A stretch of 64,000 nucleotides of DNA, from NCBI GenBank assembly GCA_003158585.1, contig PMKE01000071.1, forward strand, positions 10,003 to 74,002, written 5' to 3'. Position numbers and translations under genes: made by a program. Each line of letters opens with the position of its first letter. The first letter of the stretch is position 1. Source of the stretch: Alphaproteobacteria bacterium (GTDB lineage: Bacteria > Pseudomonadota > Alphaproteobacteria > Micropepsales > Micropepsaceae). Below, piece by piece: positions 60,171-64,000 of the stretch. Under the pieces are notes generated by a model. The model had not been told where the DNA came from. It made no database searches and saw only the letters and a list, made by a program, of their open reading frames with translations.

Positions 60171-60581
60171 ATGACGCGGATCGAAAAACTCTGCGTTGAT
60201 AAAGGGCTGCGTATGACGGAGCAGCGGCGGGTGATTGCGCGGGTGTTGTCGGATGCAGCCGACCATCCTGACGCAGAGGAACTTTACCGGCGCGCTTCTG
60301 CACTTGATCCGCATATTTCAATTGCCACGGTCTATCGCACGGTCAAGTTGTTCGAGGATGCGGGCATCCTGGAGCGCCACGATTTTCGCGACGGCCGGTC
60401 CAGATACGAGGAATTGCCGGAATCGCATCACGATCATTTGATCGACGTGCAGTCGGGCAGCGTGATCGAATTCCGCAACGAAGATATCGAACGGCTGCAG
60501 CGCCGCATCGCCGAGGAGCTGGGCTTCGAGCTGGTCGATCACCGGATGGAGCTCTACGGCGTGCCGAAGAAGTCGCGTTGA
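60171..60581 (+). CDS. fur: Fur-family transcriptional regulator
   Basis: LRMTEQRRVIARVL, ISIATVYRTVKLFEDAGIL and HHDHLIDVQSG. Confidence 0.85.
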   Translation: MTRIEKLCVDKGLRMTEQRRVIARVLSDAADHPDAEELYRRASALDPHISIATVYRTVKLFEDAGILERHDFRDGRSRYEELPESHHDHLIDVQSGSVIEFRNEDIERLQRRIAEELGFELVDHRMELYGVPKKSR

Positions 60582-61414
60582 ACATGCCAGCATTGCGTGC
60601 GTTTGCCGTGGGCGCGGCGTTTTTCATTCTCACGCTCATGAGCGCCCCCATCCAGTACTTGTCCATCCGCTTCAAGTGGAAGCTGCAGAAGACCTATCCC
60701 CACGGTTATCACCGCTTCTTGTGCCGGATGTTCGGCATCCGCATCACCGTCATCGGCAAGCCGGTCCTGGACCGCGGCGTTCTGATGGTCGCCAATCATG
60801 GGGGCTATTTCGACATCCTCATCATGTCGGCGGCGGCGCCTGTCTCATTCGTCGCCAGAGACGATGTTAAAAGTTGGCCGCTGTTCGGACTGATGGCACG
60901 CCTGCAAAGATCCGTGTTCGTCGAACGCACGCGGCGCAGACAGACCGGCGACGCGCGTGCCGAGCTGCGCCGGCGCCTGCAGGAAGGAGATGCCCTGGTG
61001 CTGTTCGCGGAGGGTACTTCCACCGACGGCAACCGCGTGATCGCCTTCAAGAGCGCCCTGATGGGTTCGGCCGAAACCGAGATCGGAAAAGACTCCTTGG
61101 GCAATCCCGTCTATGTGCCAGTGCAGCCCGTCTCGATCTCCTATGTCGGCCTGCAAGGCATGCCGATGGGGCGCGAGAACCGTCCGCTGATCGCATGGTA
61201 CGGCGAGATGGATTTGATGTCGCATCTCTGGGAGGCGCTGAAAGCAGGACCGTTCGAAGTTGTGGTCGAGTTTCATCCGCCGCTCGCCGCCGATGCCACG
61301 CACGGGCGCAAGGAGATCGCCGCCCAAGCGGAAGCTTTGGTGCGCCGCGGCCACATGAGAGCCCTGAACGGGCTGGCGGAAACCGGCCGCGAGCCCGCTG
61401 AAAAGGCTGCTTGA
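60578..61414 (+). CDS. 1-acyl-sn-glycerol-3-phosphate acyltransferase family protein
   Basis: Acyltransferase motifs NHGGYFD and FAEGTSTDG. Confidence 0.8.
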   Translation: MNMPALRAFAVGAAFFILTLMSAPIQYLSIRFKWKLQKTYPHGYHRFLCRMFGIRITVIGKPVLDRGVLMVANHGGYFDILIMSAAAPVSFVARDDVKSWPLFGLMARLQRSVFVERTRRRQTGDARAELRRRLQEGDALVLFAEGTSTDGNRVIAFKSALMGSAETEIGKDSLGNPVYVPVQPVSISYVGLQGMPMGRENRPLIAWYGEMDLMSHLWEALKAGPFEVVVEFHPPLAADATHGRKEIAAQAEALVRRGHMRALNGLAETGREPAEKAA

Positions 61415-61461
61415 ACCGCTTTGCTTGTTTTCGCCATGCCTATCGCGGATAACCGGCGGCC

Positions 61462-62823
61462 ATGAAGAAGCTCTTCATAAAGACCTATGGCTGCCAGATG
61501 AACGTCTACGATTCCGTCCGCATGGCGGAATTGCTGGCGCCGCTGGGTTATGCTCCGGCGGACGGCGCTGCCGACGCCGACATGGTGATCCTCAATACCT
61601 GTCACATCCGCGAGAAGGCGGCCGAGAAGGTCTATTCCGAGCTGGGACGTCTCAAGCGCCTGAAAGAGGCGCGTGCCGCCAAGGGCGGAAGGATGATCGT
61701 CGCCGTGGCGGGCTGCGTCGCCCAGGCCGAGGGCAAGGAGATGCTGGCGCGGCAGGGCGCCGTCGACATCGTGGTCGGCCCGCAATCCTATCATCGCCTG
61801 CCCGAGATGATCGCCCGGATCGCGCGCGGCGCGGGGCACGTGCTGGAAACCGATTTCCCAGCCGAGGACAAATTCGACTCTCTGCCGGAGCAGCGTGCGC
61901 ATGTCGGACCGGCAGCGTTTCTCACGGTGCAGGAAGGCTGCGACCGGTTCTGCACTTTCTGCGTCGTGCCTTACACGCGCGGCAACGAGTACTCGCGCCC
62001 CGTGGCGCAGGTGACGGCAGAGGCCGAAAGACTCGCCGCGAACGGCGCGCGCGAAATCACGCTGCTCGGTCAGAACGTCAACGCCTATCGCGGCATTGGT
62101 CCGGACGGCGAGCGCTGGTCTCTGGCGCTCCTCCTCGCCGCCCTGGCGAAGGTGAAAGGTCTCGACCGGTTGCGCTATATGACCAGTCACCCTTCCGACA
62201 TGTCCGACGATCTGATCGCGGCGCACGGAGATATCGCAGCGCTGATGCCGTTCCTGCACCTGCCGGTCCAGTCCGGTTCGGACAGCGTCCTGCACGCCAT
62301 GAACCGCCAGCACACGGCGGATGAGTATTTGAGGATCGTCGAGCGCGTCCGCGCGGCACGTCCCGATCTCGCCTTGTCGTCCGATTTCATCGTCGGCTTC
62401 CCGGGTGAGAGCGAGGCGGATTTCGAAGCGACGCTGGCGCTGATCCGCCGGGTCGGTTACGCGCAGACCTACTCCTTCAAATACAGCGCGCGTCCGGGCA
62501 CGCCCGCCGCCGCGGCCCACAATCAAATCCCGGACGAGGTAAAGGATGCGCGGCTCCAGGTATTGCAGGCGCTGCTGACCGAGCAGCTGCACGCCTTCAA
62601 CGTCACCTGCGCAGGGCGCATCATGCCTGTGTTGTTCGAATCGCGCGGCCGCAAGGACGGGCAGGCGCTTGGCCGCTCGCCCTGGCTTCAGCCGGTGCAT
62701 GTGGAAGGGGCTGCTCCGCTGATCGGCGAGATCGCCGAGGTGCGGATTGAGGAGGTGCAGCCGAACAGCCTGAAAGGCGCCCTGGTGCGTCCGGCGGTTC
62801 GCGAGAGGGTGCTGGTCCAGTGA
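61462..62823 (+). CDS. miaB: tRNA-2-methylthio-N6-dimethylallyladenosine synthase
   Basis: [14 protein letters not shown], radical [11 protein letters not shown] and a TRAM C-terminus. Confidence 0.95.
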   Translation: MKKLFIKTYGCQMNVYDSVRMAELLAPLGYAPADGAADADMVILNTCHIREKAAEKVYSELGRLKRLKEARAAKGGRMIVAVAGCVAQAEGKEMLARQGAVDIVVGPQSYHRLPEMIARIARGAGHVLETDFPAEDKFDSLPEQRAHVGPAAFLTVQEGCDRFCTFCVVPYTRGNEYSRPVAQVTAEAERLAANGAREITLLGQNVNAYRGIGPDGERWSLALLLAALAKVKGLDRLRYMTSHPSDMSDDLIAAHGDIAALMPFLHLPVQSGSDSVLHAMNRQHTADEYLRIVERVRAARPDLALSSDFIVGFPGESEADFEATLALIRRVGYAQTYSFKYSARPGTPAAAAHNQIPDEVKDARLQVLQALLTEQLHAFNVTCAGRIMPVLFESRGRKDGQALGRSPWLQPVHVEGAAPLIGEIAEVRIEEVQPNSLKGALVRPAVRERVLVQ

Positions 62824-63824
62824 GCGCAACCAAGAAACGCACGCGGGAATCCGTGACCATCGAATTTCCCGACAACGCGGTCCTCTCGGGGTTGTCCGGG
62901 CCGCATCAGAAGCATTTCGTGCGCCTGGAGCAGAAGCTCGGGGTGCGCGTGGCGATGCGCGGCAACCTCGTCTCGATCGAGGGACCTTCGCGGGCCCGCG
63001 CCGCGAACGTGCTGCGTGCCCTCTATGCCAGGATCGAAGCGGGCGAAGCGGTGGGGGCCGCCGAACTCGAAGCCGAACTGCGCATAGCCGGCGAAGCGGA
63101 TTCCGGCGTGGCGGCGGCGCTGGGCACGCCCGCCATCAAGACCTGGGCGGCGCGTACCACGCGGGCGCGCTCTCAGGCGCAGGGCGCCTATCTCGATCTG
63201 ATGCGCACCCATCCTCTGGTGTTCGGCGTAGGACCGGCCGGCACGGGCAAGACCTATCTCGCCGCCGCCTTCGGCGCTCATCTTCTCTACGAGCGGCGCG
63301 TCGAGCGTCTCATCCTGTCGCGACCCGCGCTGGAAGCGGGCGAACGGCTCGGCTTTCTGCCGGGCGACCTCAAGGAGAAGATCGACCCCTATCTGCGCCC
63401 GCTCTACGACGCCCTGTTCGAGGTGATCGGCGATTCCGCCTTGAAGCTGATGGAGCAGGGAGTGATCGAGGTCGCGCCGCTCGCCTTCATGCGCGGGCGC
63501 ACGCTCTCCCACGCCTTCGTCATTCTCGACGAGGCGCAGAACTGCACGGCGCCGCAGATGAAGATGTTTCTGACGCGTCTCGGCGAGGATTCGCGCATGG
63601 TCGTCACCGGCGATCCTTCGCAGAGCGACCTGCCGGGCGGCCATCCCGAAGGGCTCGATCAGGCCTTGCGGATTCTCGGCGACATCGAAGGGGCCGCCGT
63701 GGCGCGTTTCAGCGAGAAAGACGTCGTGCGCCATGCCCTCGTCACGCGGATTGTCGCCGCCTATAATGCGTCGGATAACGCGCGTGTCGCGAAGGCACGC
63801 GCGGCGCGGAAGGACGAGAGTTGA
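62820..63824 (+). CDS. phoH: PhoH-like ATPase (YbeZ)
   Basis: Walker [12 protein letters not shown] and ILDEAQN. Confidence 0.9.
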   Translation: MSATKKRTRESVTIEFPDNAVLSGLSGPHQKHFVRLEQKLGVRVAMRGNLVSIEGPSRARAANVLRALYARIEAGEAVGAAELEAELRIAGEADSGVAAALGTPAIKTWAARTTRARSQAQGAYLDLMRTHPLVFGVGPAGTGKTYLAAAFGAHLLYERRVERLILSRPALEAGERLGFLPGDLKEKIDPYLRPLYDALFEVIGDSALKLMEQGVIEVAPLAFMRGRTLSHAFVILDEAQNCTAPQMKMFLTRLGEDSRMVVTGDPSQSDLPGGHPEGLDQALRILGDIEGAAVARFSEKDVVRHALVTRIVAAYNASDNARVAKARAARKDES

Positions 63825-64000
63825 GCATCACGCTCCTCATTCGGGATGCGCGCTGGCGCAAGGTGCGCGGCCTCGCCGCGCGGATGAAGCACGCGGTTTC
63901 CGAGGCCTTCGTCCGGGGCGGCGCCGGGGCCGACGCCGAGGTGACCATCCTTCTCACTACCGACCGCCATGTGCAGGCGTTGAACCGCAACTTTCGCGGC
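63821..64000 (+). CDS. ybeY: rRNA maturation RNase YbeY (5' part; runs off the window)
   Basis: TTG overlaps the phoH stop. EVTILLTTDRHVQALNRNFRG is the typical YbeY N-terminal region, and it sits in the expected miaB-phoH-ybeY order. Confidence 0.6.
   Translation, partial: MSITLLIRDARWRKVRGLAARMKHAVSEAFVRGGAGADAEVTILLTTDRHVQALNRNFRG

Noticed and set aside
61273-62829. A 518-aa ORF antisense to miaB
   Set aside because: miaB on the plus strand is unambiguous (radical SAM and TRAM motifs).

Overview
This is a high-G+C alphaproteobacterial chromosome segment whose gene order looks Hyphomicrobiales/Rhizobiales-like. About 1-26.5 kb and 47.4-64 kb are ordinary, tightly packed core genes. The left block holds DUF299 kinase/maf/aroE/coaE/dnaQ, secB, mltA, smr, nth, ada-like, dapB, hrcA-grpE, rph-rdgB-hemW, lpoA-like/rsmI/yraN, gshB, olsB-like, ampG, a hybrid histidine kinase and pstCAB. 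The right block holds a doc toxin-antitoxin pair, ferredoxin/FNR, chorismate mutase, Hpt, nnrU, rsmB, htpX, nfu, tsaB-rimI-fur, plsC-like and miaB-phoH-ybeY. Between them, a mosaic island of about 20.4 kb (about 27057-47415) sits inside the comM/yifB Mg-chelatase-like ATPase gene. Both comM halves are still readable (5' part 47413-48459, 3' part 26586-27059, minus strand). A large serine recombinase lies directly at the left junction. The island carries seven modules: (1) a beta-class DNA methyltransferase; (2) a visibly lower-G+C cluster of nucleotide/ribose-phosphate enzymes (PfkB-like kinase, TrpF-like isomerase, DUF218/YdcF, NDK-like, CYTH, a mini protein-kinase-fold protein) ending in a multi-TM protein; (3) a second large serine recombinase with an XRE module; (4) a TIR protein co-transcribed with an internally duplicated unknown protein; (5) an XhoI/PaeR7I-type type II R-M pair; (6) a TraD/VirD4-like P-loop ATPase with a C-terminal nuclease-like domain; (7) a tandem-HTH plus zinc-ribbon pair at the right end. 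I regard module 2 as the best candidate for an undescribed system, followed by the TIR pair and the ATPase-nuclease pair. I recognised no rRNA, tRNA or CRISPR array. All calls come from reading the translated ORFs for family motifs, since no database search was possible.
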